A DNA stretch of 55,446 bases from Bacteroidota bacterium (GCA_051747885.1 JBNJGR010000003.1:1-55446); one strand, 5' to 3'; positions 9,604 to 19,929 are shown, counted from the first letter of the stretch. Program-made: numbers and translations. Notes: a model not told the origin generated them from the sequence alone.

Positions 9604-9982
9604 TCTTGATTTTAGAATCTCCCATGGTGCAGGTTCCTGTGAAAATTGAACCGGGCTCAACTGATAATTTGCCAGCAATTAAATCACCCTCAATATTGGC
9701 AGTTGCCTTCATAGTAACCAGCTCGGAAACAGTTAGTTTTCCTTTCAAAAAACCGGAAACCTCAATATTGTTACAGTTTATTTCGCCATCTACTTTGCCT
9801 TTAGGGCCTATTACAAGCCGCCCTTTTGCGTTAATGTTCCCAACAAGATCTCCATCAATTCTAATATCTCCACTTGAAGATATATCTCCTTTAATTAATG
9901 TACCTTCGCTAATTATATTAATCGACTGATCCTGAATTTCACCATACGATTTCCCCGATTGTTTTGCCATTTTAAATTTCAT
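9572..9982 (-). CDS. Bactofilin (polymer-forming cytoskeletal protein)
   Basis: IISEGTLIKGDI...IRIDG...LVIG..GKVDGEI...IEGDLIAGKLSVEPGSIFTGTCTM beta-helix repeats. Confidence 0.92.
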   Translation of the reverse strand: MKFKMAKQSGKSYGEIQDQSINIISEGTLIKGDISSSGDIRIDGDLVGNINAKGRLVIGPKGKVDGEINCNNIEVSGFLKGKLTVSELVTMKATANIEGDLIAGKLSVEPGSIFTGTCTMGDSKIKNEKPKPKEQK

Positions 9983-10120
9983 TTGTTTAACAACATAAAT
10001 ATCTCTTTTTCAACTTCTATTTTGGGAGCGCCGGCTGAAATTACAAATTTTTACGATCCTGGCAAAGGCAATGCAAAAAATATATGTCACACCTCCCGGA
10101 TAATATTTTTTAACTAAATT

Positions 10121-11119
10121 TCAACTCCCATCATAAGCCCATTTCAGGTAAACGCTGCCCCAGGTAAATCCGGCCCCAAAAGCTGCAAGTATTATTTTGT
10201 CTCCTTTACGCAGTTTTTTTTCATAATCGTATAAACATAACGGGATTGTGGCGGCGGTTGTATTTCCGTATTTCTGAATATTTACCATCACTTTTTCTTT
10301 ATCGAGCCCCATACGCCTGGCGGTAGCTTCAATTATGCGCATATTTGCCTGATGAGGTACCAGCCATGCAATATCTTCGGACTGAAGATGATGTTTCTTC
10401 ATGATTTCGACCGCTACATCGGCCATGCCCGAAACTGCATACTTGAAAACGGTTTGTCCTTCCTGGTAAACAAAATGCTCACCATTTTCAACCGTTTCGC
10501 ACGATGCTGGTTTTAACGACCCACCCGCTTTCATGTGCAGGTGATGCCTTCCAAGCCCGTCAACATGGTGGATATAATCAATAATTCCGGCATCTTCAAT
10601 AGTGGGTTCGAGCATAACTGCAGTACCGGCATCACCAAAAAGCGGGCATGTTGTTCTGTCGTTATAATTGGTAATTGAAGACATTTTATCGGCGCCTACA
10701 ACAATCACCTTATGGTATCGGCCCGATTCAATGAACTGTGCAGCTGTTGCCAAAGCAAAAATAAAACCCGAACAGGCGGCATTTAAATCGAAACTCCAGG
10801 CGTTATGAATTCCGGTTTTATGTGCAATAATATTTGCAGTTGCAGGAAATGTCATGTCGGGGGTAATGGTAGCGCAAATAAGCAAATCCACTTCAGCAGG
10901 ATCTGAATTTGTTTTTTTCAGTAATTCTTTAACTGCCTCAGCTCCCACATCGCTGGTTGCTTTGCCTTCTTCCTTTAATATGCGACGTTCTCTGATTCCT
11001 ATACGTTGCATAATCCATTCGTCGGAAGTATCTACCATTTTGCTTAACTCGTGGTTGGTTAACCGGTAATCGGGTAAAAAAGCTCCCACCCCGGTAACCG
11101 CTGCCTTTATTCTAGCCAT
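10121..11119 (-). CDS. fabH: 3-oxoacyl-ACP synthase III
   Basis: DLNAACSGF (Cys), VPHQAN (His), YGNTT (Asn), AFGAGFTWG. Confidence 0.96.
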   Translation of the reverse strand: MARIKAAVTGVGAFLPDYRLTNHELSKMVDTSDEWIMQRIGIRERRILKEEGKATSDVGAEAVKELLKKTNSDPAEVDLLICATITPDMTFPATANIIAHKTGIHNAWSFDLNAACSGFIFALATAAQFIESGRYHKVIVVGADKMSSITNYNDRTTCPLFGDAGTAVMLEPTIEDAGIIDYIHHVDGLGRHHLHMKAGGSLKPASCETVENGEHFVYQEGQTVFKYAVSGMADVAVEIMKKHHLQSEDIAWLVPHQANMRIIEATARRMGLDKEKVMVNIQKYGNTTAATIPLCLYDYEKKLRKGDKIILAAFGAGFTWGSVYLKWAYDGS

Positions 11120-11296
11120 TTTAAAATGATTTATTCAGAATATAACACAGCTATCCTGATTCTGTTTGAAAAAATAAAGGCGTGAATATAGAAGAAAAAA
11201 TGAGGTACGTGCAAAGTAAGGAGGAAAGCGTTAATAAAATCTTAAGTTTCTACAGAACAATCAATTAAAGTGTTCGAAAAGTTTATTTAAGGGCTC

Positions 11297-11325
11297 AAAA
11301 AAAACCAGGTTAAAAACCTGGCTTT
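11297..11325 (-). terminator. Intrinsic terminator after rpmF
   Basis: Minus strand GCCAGGTT-TTT-AACCTGGT followed by a T tract. Confidence 0.7.
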
Positions 11326-11509
11326 AAACTGCAATTTCTTTTTCAATTACCTGCTTGCCCCTGTAGTAACCACAATCAGGACAAATTGTGTGGTATCTTA
11401 CAGTTGCCCCGCAATTTGAGCAAGTGGCAAGTGTAGGAAGCGACGCTTTGTAATGAGTACGTCTCTTATCCCTTCTCGATTTTGATATTCTGCTCTTAGG
11501 ATGTGCCAT
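11324..11509 (-). CDS. rpmF: 50S ribosomal protein L32
   Basis: MAHPKSRISKSRRDKRRTH, CxxC...CxxCGYYRG. Confidence 0.97.
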   Translation of the reverse strand: MAHPKSRISKSRRDKRRTHYKASLPTLATCSNCGATVRYHTICPDCGYYRGKQVIEKEIAV

Positions 11510-11521
11510 TTTATTTCAATT

Positions 11522-12064
11522 TTAATTATTATTTTTCAGTTTCCTCAATGCCTCCCAACGGGGATCGATTTCATTATTATCTTCTTTTTCTTCAACAGGG
11601 CTAAAATTATCAAGCCTTTCAAGCATATCGGTATCGCATCCGCTTCCCCCGTTTTTTTTGTCGGGGTGAACATGCTTTAGCGGAACACTCAAAACAACAT
11701 ATTCATAAATTAACTGGGCGAGGTTAATGCGATGCTCTCCGGGTAAAACCCAGAATATTTCATCGTCGTCGACATTATTGCTGGTGTCGCCAAATTTCAC
11801 ATAAATTTCGGCTGTGTTTTTAATTTTCTGATGATAATTTTCGAGGCAACGGTCGCAGGTAAGTTCTACCCATCCTTTTAAATTAAAATACAATTTCAGG
11901 AAGGTATTTCGTTTTTCCAAATCTACCTTAACAGCCAGTTTGCCAATGCTCACCATGCCCTGATCAAAATGCTCAAAGAACTTATCTCCAATTTCATATT
12001 CGAACTCATGCAGGCCTTCTTTAAGGCCTTTAAACTCTATGTCGTATTTTGTTTTCCAGCCCAT
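11522..12064 (-). CDS. YceD/DUF177 family protein
   Basis: LTCDRCL and IDPRWEALRKL motifs; conserved position upstream of rpmF. Confidence 0.92.
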   Translation of the reverse strand: MGWKTKYDIEFKGLKEGLHEFEYEIGDKFFEHFDQGMVSIGKLAVKVDLEKRNTFLKLYFNLKGWVELTCDRCLENYHQKIKNTAEIYVKFGDTSNNVDDDEIFWVLPGEHRINLAQLIYEYVVLSVPLKHVHPDKKNGGSGCDTDMLERLDNFSPVEEKEDNNEIDPRWEALRKLKNNN

Positions 12065-12216
12065 GTTCGAAAAAAGTGTTGCAAAAATATAAAATTTTTA
12101 TAAACGCATCAAGGATTCTGCGATTTTTCAAAATTTAACCTGTTGGTTTTAGGCAAAAGTTACAGTCAATGATTAATATCCGGGAAATAATTGTTTTTAA
12201 AGATATTAAAACCTTT

Positions 12217-12567
12217 CTATACAAGTTGATTGTTTTCCACATCAGGAAAAATAATGGAGGGTTTAAAAGATTTGGCCTCTTCAAAATCCATCGATGCATA
12301 AGAAATAATAATCACCACATCGCCCACAGCAGCTTTCCTCGCTGCCGGGCCGTTGAGGCAAATTGTTCCTGAGCCGCGTTCTCCTTTAATAATGTAAGTT
12401 TCAAGCCTTTCTCCATTATTAATGTTAACCACCTGCACCTTTTCGTTTTCAATTAAATTGGCAGCATCCATTAAATCTTCATCAATAGTGATGCTCCCCA
12501 CGTATTGCAGGTTTGCCTCTGTAACAGTTACTTTATGTATTTTCGATTTACAAATTTCTATTTGCAT
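12217..12567 (-). CDS. panD: Aspartate 1-decarboxylase
   Basis: [13 protein letters not shown] self-cleavage site, [15 protein letters not shown]. Confidence 0.97.
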   Translation of the reverse strand: MQIEICKSKIHKVTVTEANLQYVGSITIDEDLMDAANLIENEKVQVVNINNGERLETYIIKGERGSGTICLNGPAARKAAVGDVVIIISYASMDFEEAKSFKPSIIFPDVENNQLV

Positions 12568-12573
12568 AATTCG

Positions 12574-13413
12574 TTAATTCAATTCAATATTATCTATCAA
12601 ACGTATTTTACCACAAAATACAGCAATACAACCCACTTTTTGGCTATTGCTGTCCCCGTTTTCTAAAGGTTTAAGATTTTCTTCATCAATTACCTCGAAA
12701 TATTCAACATCGAGAAACGGGTTTTTGTTGATTGTTTCAGTCACCCATTTCTTCAATTCATATACGGATTTTTCACTGGAATGTTTTTTGGCTTCAGAAA
12801 GTGTTTTGTAAATCAATGCAGCATTTTCTCTTTCTTCGTTTTTAAGCAGCTCGTTTCTCGAGCTCATTGCCAGGCCGCTTTCTTCGCGCACAATGGGACA
12901 GGGAACAATTTCAATATCCATATTCAGCATTTTTACCAGTTTTTTTATTATTGCCAACTGCTGAAAATCTTTTTGCCCGAAGTAGGCCCTGTCGGGTTTC
13001 ACCAAATCGAATAATTTACTTACAACCTGCGCCACTCCGTTAAAATGACCCGGTCTGTGCGCTCCTTCCATTTCTTTTTCCATTTCCCCGAAATCAAATT
13101 TTCGTGTATCAGGTTCAGGGTAAATCTCATCGGGTTCAGGAGCAAAAACAAGATCACAACCTGTGGTTTCCAGCATCTTTAAGTCAGCCTCAAGATTTCG
13201 GGGATATCGTTTTAAATCGTTGGCATCATTAAACTGGGTAGGATTTACAAATATACTAACCACCACCCCTTCGTTTTCTGCCATGGCCTTTTCAACCAAC
13301 GACAAATGCCCTAAATGCAGAGCTCCCATTGTGGGGACAAAACCAATTGCCCCCTTTTTCCTGAGTTTCTCTAATTGCTCCTGCAGTTCTTTTTTTGTTT
13401 TTACCAAATTCAT
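12574..13413 (-). CDS. panC: Pantoate--beta-alanine ligase
   Basis: GFVPTMGALHLGH, RPGHFNGV, FGQKDFQQ, GLAMSSRN, RLIDN; ATG at 13413. Confidence 0.97.
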   Translation of the reverse strand: MNLVKTKKELQEQLEKLRKKGAIGFVPTMGALHLGHLSLVEKAMAENEGVVVSIFVNPTQFNDANDLKRYPRNLEADLKMLETTGCDLVFAPEPDEIYPEPDTRKFDFGEMEKEMEGAHRPGHFNGVAQVVSKLFDLVKPDRAYFGQKDFQQLAIIKKLVKMLNMDIEIVPCPIVREESGLAMSSRNELLKNEERENAALIYKTLSEAKKHSSEKSVYELKKWVTETINKNPFLDVEYFEVIDEENLKPLENGDSNSQKVGCIAVFCGKIRLIDNIELN

Positions 13414-13599
13414 CCGTTGAATTTTCACCCTGCAAAGTAAATAAATTTAGTTGTTAATTCTTCAGCGCCGGAGTTAGTTTACCGTCAGTGGCTAAACCAA
13501 AGAATATATTTTAGTTACCATACAATGAAAAAGGCCAAATTGAATATTAACGATATTTTTATTACCTTTGCGCTTTGTATAAACCGCGCTTACAGGTCA

Positions 13600-14403
13600 A
13601 TGGAAAAGAAAAAGATCCTTTATATTTCACAGGAAATTACGCCCTACCTTCCCGAAACAGAAATGTCGGAAATTGCCCGCTATTTGCCTCAGGGCATTCA
13701 GGAAAGAGGTCGTGAAATAAGAACTTTTATGCCCCGGTATGGTTCTGTAAACGAAAGGCGGAACCAACTGCACGAAGTAATCAGGTTGTCAGGTATGAAT
13801 ATGGTTATCGACGACACCGATCATCCGCTGATTATTAAAGTAGCTTCGATACAGGCTGCCCGAATGCAGGTATATTTTATTGACAACGAAGATTATTTCC
13901 ACCGTAAACATGTAATTACCAACTCGAAAGGTGAAGAATTTGAGGATAACGACGAACGGGCGCTGTTTTTTGCCCGCGGCGTTCTGGAGACCGTGATAAA
14001 ATTACGATGGGCTCCCGATTTAATTCACTGCCACGGCTGGATGACAGCACTGGTCCCGTTATTCATTAAAAAATACTATTACAACGACCCGCTTTTTGAA
14101 CAATCGAAAGTAGTTTATTCATTATACAACGACGATTTTAAAAAGCCATTGGATAAGAATTTTAAAAACAAAGTGCAGCTCGACGGAATCAAGCCGGATG
14201 ATGTCAGCAAGTTAAAAACACCTACTTACGAGAACCTCAGTAAAATGGCTATCGACTACTCCGATGCTGTAATAAAAGGCACAGAAAACATTAACAGCGA
14301 AGTGGAAAAATATGTAAAATCTTCTGAAAAATTATTTTTAGACTATCAGCCAAAAGAAACTTACATAGATGTTTACAACGATTTTTATGAAAAAGTTTGG
14401 TAA
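13600..14403 (+). CDS. Glycogen/starch synthase (GT5) N-terminal-domain-only protein
   Basis: EIRTFMPRYG, DNDERALFF, PDLIHCHGWMTALVP; about 267 aa with no C-terminal GT-B domain. TACCTTTG at 13563 supports the ATG at 13600. Confidence 0.85.
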   Translation: MEKKKILYISQEITPYLPETEMSEIARYLPQGIQERGREIRTFMPRYGSVNERRNQLHEVIRLSGMNMVIDDTDHPLIIKVASIQAARMQVYFIDNEDYFHRKHVITNSKGEEFEDNDERALFFARGVLETVIKLRWAPDLIHCHGWMTALVPLFIKKYYYNDPLFEQSKVVYSLYNDDFKKPLDKNFKNKVQLDGIKPDDVSKLKTPTYENLSKMAIDYSDAVIKGTENINSEVEKYVKSSEKLFLDYQPKETYIDVYNDFYEKVW

Positions 14404-14552
14404 GCCATTTCTGTTAAAAGATCAAATTTTATCCTAAAAAATTCAAATTTAAATCCATTTGCTCAATACCCTCAACGTTTTTTTATACGTTTGTGTAATT
14501 TTCAGAATTCAGAAATATTTACAAAATAAAATACTACGTGATACGCAAAATA

Positions 14553-15878
14553 ATGAATAAATACCATTTGATTACCGGGGCAATAGCATTGCTTGTTTTG
14601 TTTGTTTCGTGCGAAGAAAATAACGATTTGGGCATGGACCTTCTCCCGTCCGAAGATTTGATAGAGGTAAGAAATCTTGTTGAAAAAAGCAGCATTTCAT
14701 CATATACCTACCGCGAAGATTCTATACAAACCAATGAAAGCTCGAAAAACCTTATCGGAACTTTTAATGACCCCGTCTTTGGGGAAACAAACATTGACTT
14801 TGCGGCCCAGTTCAGGTTGCAGGCCTATCCGGATTACGGAACCAACCCGGTAGTTGATTCGGTAAAACTTTACCTTTACTACCGAGGCGTTTACGGCGAT
14901 ACCGTTACACCGCAAAATTTCAATGTTTACGAGCTGGAGTCTGCTCTAGATGTTGACGCTGATTATTACCAGGATACAGACTTAAAAAGCCTGGCCTCGG
15001 ATCAACTGATTGGCCAGCGGGAATATACGCCCCAAATCAGGATCGACTCTGCATCTGCCGATACATTTTTCCAGCTCATTTCTATTCCGCTCGATAATTC
15101 ACTGGGCGAAAAACTGGTAAATGCCGACTCGCTCCAAATGGTCAACAACGATGTTTTCCTTGAATATTTCAAAGGACTCTATATTGAAACTGAAAAAGAA
15201 ACCGATGAGGGAGGTGCCATTTTACAACTCGACGCTGCGGCAAATTCCGACTTCCAGGGTTCGGCAATGGTTGTTTATTATAACAATGATGAAAATATGG
15301 AGGCCGACGAACCGGACACAATGCTGAACCCTTATGTAATTACTCAATTCAGTGCCCGGGTAAATTCAATAAAACACGATTATTCGGAAACAGCTTTTTT
15401 CGAAAACCTGAATGCAGACACGGGAGATGATTCGCTGATTTACGTTCAGTCAACAGGTGGGTTAAAATCCAAGATTTACATTGATGACCTTTCGCTTTGG
15501 AAAGACTCTGTAAATACCGCTATTAATAAAGCCGAACTTGTTTTCCAGGTTGATACGCTGGCCTCAGAAGTTGAAAAATATATGCCTCCACGACAGTTAT
15601 TATTCACAGTTCTGGACGAGGAAGGCCGGGAGTTTTTACCGGTTGACTACTTGTTTAGTCCGGTATTTTACGGAGGAGCACTGAATCCTAATGATTACAC
15701 TTACAAATTTAATATTACCCAGCATATGCAGGAAATTATTGAGGGTGAAGCCGAAAACCTCGGGTTCTTTTTAACCACTGCACAAAAAAACAACGAAGCC
15801 AACAGGGTAGTGCTAAAAGGCAGCGGAAGCCAAACCGGAATTAAGCTTATAATTACATACTCCAGGTTTAACCAGTAG
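14553..15878 (+). CDS. DUF4270-like lipoprotein
   Basis: Lipobox FVSC, GTFNDPVFG, YKFNITQHMQ, KLIITYS; usual Bacteroidota position after the GT5-like gene. Confidence 0.75.
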   Translation: MNKYHLITGAIALLVLFVSCEENNDLGMDLLPSEDLIEVRNLVEKSSISSYTYREDSIQTNESSKNLIGTFNDPVFGETNIDFAAQFRLQAYPDYGTNPVVDSVKLYLYYRGVYGDTVTPQNFNVYELESALDVDADYYQDTDLKSLASDQLIGQREYTPQIRIDSASADTFFQLISIPLDNSLGEKLVNADSLQMVNNDVFLEYFKGLYIETEKETDEGGAILQLDAAANSDFQGSAMVVYYNNDENMEADEPDTMLNPYVITQFSARVNSIKHDYSETAFFENLNADTGDDSLIYVQSTGGLKSKIYIDDLSLWKDSVNTAINKAELVFQVDTLASEVEKYMPPRQLLFTVLDEEGREFLPVDYLFSPVFYGGALNPNDYTYKFNITQHMQEIIEGEAENLGFFLTTAQKNNEANRVVLKGSGSQTGIKLIITYSRFNQ

Positions 15879-15929
15879 AAGATATGGGTTAAAATATTTC
15901 ATCAATTCCCTGTTTTTGTGGATTCTGAA

Positions 15930-16502
15930 ATGATGGGAACAGCTGATTTTATAACATATCTGCTCATTGGTATTGGGTTGAGCTTCGACTCATTTGCCGT
16001 GTCGGTTTCGTGCGGCCTGATGAAACAGGAAATTCGGTTTAAACAGGCAATTCCCATTGCATTTTCGCTGACGCTGTTTCAGGCAGCATTTCCCTTTTTG
16101 GGGTGGTTTGCCGGCAGTACACTTCATAATCTCATCTGGTCAGTTGACCACTGGGTAGCGTTTATTTTGCTTGCCATAATAGGAATTAAAATGATTGTGG
16201 AAGGTGTGAAACCCAACGGCACATTGCAAAATTTCAACCCTTTCAATATCCGTTTGGTTCTTAGTCTTTCCGTTGCCACCAGCATCGACGCTCTGGTTGT
16301 AGGCCTCAGTTTTGGTTTCCTGGAAATACCAATTTTATTCCCTGTAATAATTATTGGAGCTGTAACATTCATTGCCTCAATGCTGGGAATGTTGTTCGGG
16401 AAAAACATCCCTGCAAAACGTAGCCGGCAATCGCTTATTTTAGGCGGGATAATACTAACCGGAATAGGAGTAAAAATTCTGGTTGAGCACCTTTGGTTTT
16501 AA
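15930..16502 (+). CDS. mntP: Manganese efflux pump MntP family
   Basis: GLSFDSFAVS, DHWVAFILL..IGIKMI, ATSIDALVVG. Confidence 0.88.
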   Translation: MMGTADFITYLLIGIGLSFDSFAVSVSCGLMKQEIRFKQAIPIAFSLTLFQAAFPFLGWFAGSTLHNLIWSVDHWVAFILLAIIGIKMIVEGVKPNGTLQNFNPFNIRLVLSLSVATSIDALVVGLSFGFLEIPILFPVIIIGAVTFIASMLGMLFGKNIPAKRSRQSLILGGIILTGIGVKILVEHLWF

Positions 16503-16556
16503 AACAGTTGCAAAAGTGCTTAAAATTGAAACAAGCATTTTTTTGTGCCCTGTTTT

Positions 16557-16588
16557 TCCCGTTCAAACACCAAATCCTACCGTTCGTC
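16557..16588 (+). promoter_or_regulatory. LytTR-type direct-repeat binding site
   Basis: CCGTTC at 16559 and 16580 (21-bp period), upstream of an operon encoding a LytTR regulator. Confidence 0.65.
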
Positions 16589-16658
16589 ATAAAAAAATTT
16601 CAATCTTTCTGTTTTCTGCTGAATTTTAAACCATCATTAACAATTAAAATTTAGAAAC

Positions 16659-17486
16659 ATGAAAACAGGAAAAGTATTTTGGATGGTGATTTTGTTCATT
16701 TTAACCATATCCGGTGCTTTGGCACAGAAAAAAATGAATTCAGAAATTTTCAAATCGTTGCCTCAAAGTCTTGATCTTAAAGATGACGTTCAAAAATATC
16801 TGGTGGTTACCAACCATGTGAACAGCGATATTTTTGGCAACTTCTTCAACAAAATGCAGGTGAAAGGGGAATACACCCGCGGGCTTGCAGACGACAAAGT
16901 AAAGTGGAATAATGTTACTGTGGGTATGTCGATGCAGCCGGAAGGAGAATTCACTGAAGGTGAAAATCTGGAATACATGGAAGACTTCACTTATACTCCG
17001 TCAGAAGAGATGATTCAACCTGAAAAATTTGAACATTTTACAGGCATGTACACCGCCTTTGCCAAAAACCTTGTTTGGGATGTGCTTGGTATTGAAGGGC
17101 TGGCCTGGGCCCATTTTGAAAAACTGGAACCAAACAAACCTTTTCATGCTGCCGACTTTAACGGTGAACTGGATTTGGCCGGACAGGGAACATTCGAAAA
17201 TAAAAACATGTTGCTCACCTGGACCGGCATTTCAGAAATGAACGGTGAACTTTGTGCCCTCATCGAATACCGGACATTTAGCAATCCATTGGAATACAGC
17301 ACTGAAGAAACCGACATGAAAGGACTCAGCCACTACTGGGGAAACATCTGGGTATCGCTCGAAGACAAGCAGATTGAACATGCCACGCTCCTTGAAATTG
17401 TTTCTGCTGAAATGAGTTTCCCGGGACAGGCCAACAAACAGATTATGACTATTACACGGGAAATTGAAGTGAAAAAATTGCTCTGA
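16659..17486 (+). CDS. Secreted hypothetical protein
   Basis: Sec signal peptide ending ALA-Q; no recognised domain. Confidence 0.7.
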   Translation: MKTGKVFWMVILFILTISGALAQKKMNSEIFKSLPQSLDLKDDVQKYLVVTNHVNSDIFGNFFNKMQVKGEYTRGLADDKVKWNNVTVGMSMQPEGEFTEGENLEYMEDFTYTPSEEMIQPEKFEHFTGMYTAFAKNLVWDVLGIEGLAWAHFEKLEPNKPFHAADFNGELDLAGQGTFENKNMLLTWTGISEMNGELCALIEYRTFSNPLEYSTEETDMKGLSHYWGNIWVSLEDKQIEHATLLEIVSAEMSFPGQANKQIMTITREIEVKKLL

Positions 17487-17538
17487 TTCAATTTAGTTGT
17501 AATTTCAAAGCTTCACTTCTTAAAAGTTAGTGGTAAAA

Positions 17539-18594
17539 ATGCAACCTGAAATAAAAACCAAAAAACCTGTAAAAAGCTTCCTGCTAAAGAGAATAAAAAT
17601 TTTGGCAGGAGCCTTTTTTATATCACTCTTCTTCAGCATTTTGCTGGCTGGTCGAGTTTTGCATGACGGGCTGCCAATTATGATTTTTCTTACCTGGCTG
17701 CAACTTGAAATTTTCATGTGGCTCGGTTTTAAATTTTTCAATGACCTGGATGTTTCTGTCAGCCAGTTTAAAAAGAAAACAATATTGCGGCTGATTCTAT
17801 TTTATTTAACCGTAATAATTATTGCATCGGTTATTTTTATGGCAGTATTCCTCATTCAGAATACATTAAACGAAATTAGTTTTGAAAATGCTTTTTTGGC
17901 ATTCAAAAAACAGGAAATGAGTGGATTTGTTTCTGCCACCCTCATTGGCTTTGCCTTCGGAACGCTTTTCTTTTTCTATTCCCAATGGTCTGATGCCTTG
18001 AAACGGGAAAAAAAACTGGCGCAGGAAAAACTGCTGTTTCAGTACGAAACACTGAAAAGCCAGGTGAACCCTCATTTCCTGTTTAACAGTCTGAATACAT
18101 TGTCGTCGCTGGTGCACAGTAATCCTTCACTTTCGGAGGAATTTATCAGGAAATTGTCGAATATTTACCGGTACATTTTGGAAAACCAGGAGAAAGACCT
18201 GGTGCCGCTGGCCGATGAGGTGCAGTTTGTACGCAATTACTTTTCGCTTCAAAAAATAAGAGACGAAGAAAAAATTGAATTAAAAGTTGAATTGACCGAA
18301 ATTGAAAATGTGTGGATACCACCGGTTTCACTGCAGCTTTTAACCGAAAATGCATTGAAGCACAATGCCGCCACCCGGAAAAATCCACTGGTTATTACCA
18401 TTCACAATGAAGGATTGGATAAAGTGGTGGTACGGAATAACCTTCAGCTAAAGTCGCAACTTAGCAAGCCGTCGAAAACAGGGTTGAAAAATCTGCACGA
18501 ACGGTGCCGGCTAATTCTGAAACGGGAAATTGAAATTTTTCAAACCGAAACAGAATTTGTGGTAAAAATTCCGGCTAAAATTCAGAAAAAATGA
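17539..18594 (+). CDS. LytS/YehU-family sensor histidine kinase
   Basis: Four N-terminal TMs, LKSQVNPHFLFNSLNTL, LQLLTENALKHN, TGLKNL. Confidence 0.93.
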   Translation: MQPEIKTKKPVKSFLLKRIKILAGAFFISLFFSILLAGRVLHDGLPIMIFLTWLQLEIFMWLGFKFFNDLDVSVSQFKKKTILRLILFYLTVIIIASVIFMAVFLIQNTLNEISFENAFLAFKKQEMSGFVSATLIGFAFGTLFFFYSQWSDALKREKKLAQEKLLFQYETLKSQVNPHFLFNSLNTLSSLVHSNPSLSEEFIRKLSNIYRYILENQEKDLVPLADEVQFVRNYFSLQKIRDEEKIELKVELTEIENVWIPPVSLQLLTENALKHNAATRKNPLVITIHNEGLDKVVVRNNLQLKSQLSKPSKTGLKNLHERCRLILKREIEIFQTETEFVVKIPAKIQKK

Positions 18595-19340
18595 AGATTG
18601 TAATTATTGAAGACGAACGGCTGGCTGCCGAAAAACTGGAATCACTTTTAATGCAGGTTAATGCTGAAACTGAAGTGGCAGCAAAGCTGGAATCGGTAGA
18701 GGAATCGGTAAACTGGCTGGCTTCCAATCCTTCACCCGATCTGGTTTTTATGGACATTCAGCTCGACGACGGCATTTCGTTCGAAATTTTTGATGCCGTA
18801 AAAGTGGAAGCGCCGGTGATTTTTACCACGGCATTCGACCAGTATGCCATTCGCGCATTCAAAGTGAACAGCGTGGATTACCTGCTAAAACCTATCGACC
18901 GCAATGCCTTGGAAAACGCACTGGAAAAATACCAGCGAATTTTCAGGCCTGCCGGAATAGAAGAAAAATTATCGAAGGTTTTCCAGCAGTTATCAAAACC
19001 CTGGAAAACGCGCTTTTTTGTAAAGATTGGGGTTCATTTTCAGTCGGTGCCGGTGGAAGAAATCTGCTGCTTTTTTGTGGAGGAACGCTGTTCATTCCTG
19101 AAAACCCAAAACGGTAAAAATTACGCCATCGATTATTCGCTCGAGCAACTTCAAAAGCGGGTTGATCCGGAATTGTTTTTCCGCATCAACCGGAATTTTA
19201 TGGTGAACATCAACTGCATTGCTGAAATTATCAGCTACTCCACCAACCGGCTCAAATTAAAACTGAAAAATTTTGACAACGAAGGGCTTATTGTCAGTCG
19301 CGACAAGGTTCCGGAGTTCAAACTGTGGCTGGACCGATAA
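18591..19340 (+). CDS. LytTR-family response regulator
   Basis: IEDE, DLVFMDIQL, DYLLKP, FFRINR; ATGA overlap with the kinase. Confidence 0.95.
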   Translation: MKIVIIEDERLAAEKLESLLMQVNAETEVAAKLESVEESVNWLASNPSPDLVFMDIQLDDGISFEIFDAVKVEAPVIFTTAFDQYAIRAFKVNSVDYLLKPIDRNALENALEKYQRIFRPAGIEEKLSKVFQQLSKPWKTRFFVKIGVHFQSVPVEEICCFFVEERCSFLKTQNGKNYAIDYSLEQLQKRVDPELFFRINRNFMVNINCIAEIISYSTNRLKLKLKNFDNEGLIVSRDKVPEFKLWLDR

Positions 19341-19384
19341 AACTTTGCTAAATTTTCTTTAATTTTGGAAAAAATCTTTTAAAG

Positions 19385-19585
19385 ATGACAACTGTAATTA
19401 TCGACGAAAAGACAACAAAGGGAAAAAGATTAATTGAATTCCTTAAAAGCTTTGCAAACGAAAATTTTATTTCAATAGAAAAGAAGCCCAATGAGACAAC
19501 AAAAAGGGCAATTCGGGAAGCAAAAGAAGGAAAAGTTACTAAAGCAGAAAATGTGGATGACTTAATGGAAAAACTTAATTCATGA
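19385..19585 (+). CDS. Type II antitoxin (RelB/DinJ-like C-terminus)
   Basis: PNETTKRAIREA...VDDLMEKLN motif; overlaps the toxin start; TAATTTTG at 19360. Confidence 0.75.
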   Translation: MTTVIIDEKTTKGKRLIEFLKSFANENFISIEKKPNETTKRAIREAKEGKVTKAENVDDLMEKLNS

Positions 19586-19857
19586 GTTATAAACTTTCTT
19601 TCACCACCCAATTTAAACGCGATTTTAAAGCCTGTAAAAAACGAAACTATCCTATATCCGAATTGCAGGCAGTTTTTTCCTTGCTTGAGACAGAAGCATT
19701 GTTGCCTGCCAAATATAAAACTCATAAACTTTCGGGAGATTACGCTGGCTGCTGGGAATGTCATATAAAACCCGACTGGTTACTTATCTGGGAAGAAGAC
19801 ATCCAACAAAAGGAAATTAAATTAATTCGTACAGGGACACACACTGATTTGTTTTAA
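19582..19857 (+). CDS. yafQ: YafQ-family mRNA interferase toxin
   Basis: FKRDFK, HKLSG, WECHIKPDWLLIW, LIRTGTHTDLF. Confidence 0.92.
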   Translation: MSYKLSFTTQFKRDFKACKKRNYPISELQAVFSLLETEALLPAKYKTHKLSGDYAGCWECHIKPDWLLIWEEDIQQKEIKLIRTGTHTDLF

Positions 19858-19860
19858 TAA

Positions 19861-19900
19861 AAAACAAAAAGGATAACAAACCTGCAGCCATGTTATCCTT
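19861..19900 (-). terminator. Intrinsic terminator after the GH97 gene, possibly bidirectional
   Basis: AAGGATAACA...TGTTATCCTT 10-bp stem with an A tract on the left. Confidence 0.65.
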
Positions 19901-19929
19901 CTCATTCAATCATATATTCCTTCCAATTC

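Noticed and set aside
11120-11323. plsX pseudogene between rpmF and fabH
   Set aside because: The 204-nt gap holds a terminator and AT-rich promoter-like sequence, with no recognisable coding remnant
15879-15930. yybP-ykoY manganese riboswitch upstream of mntP
   Set aside because: Only about 50 nt between genes and no recognisable aptamer structure
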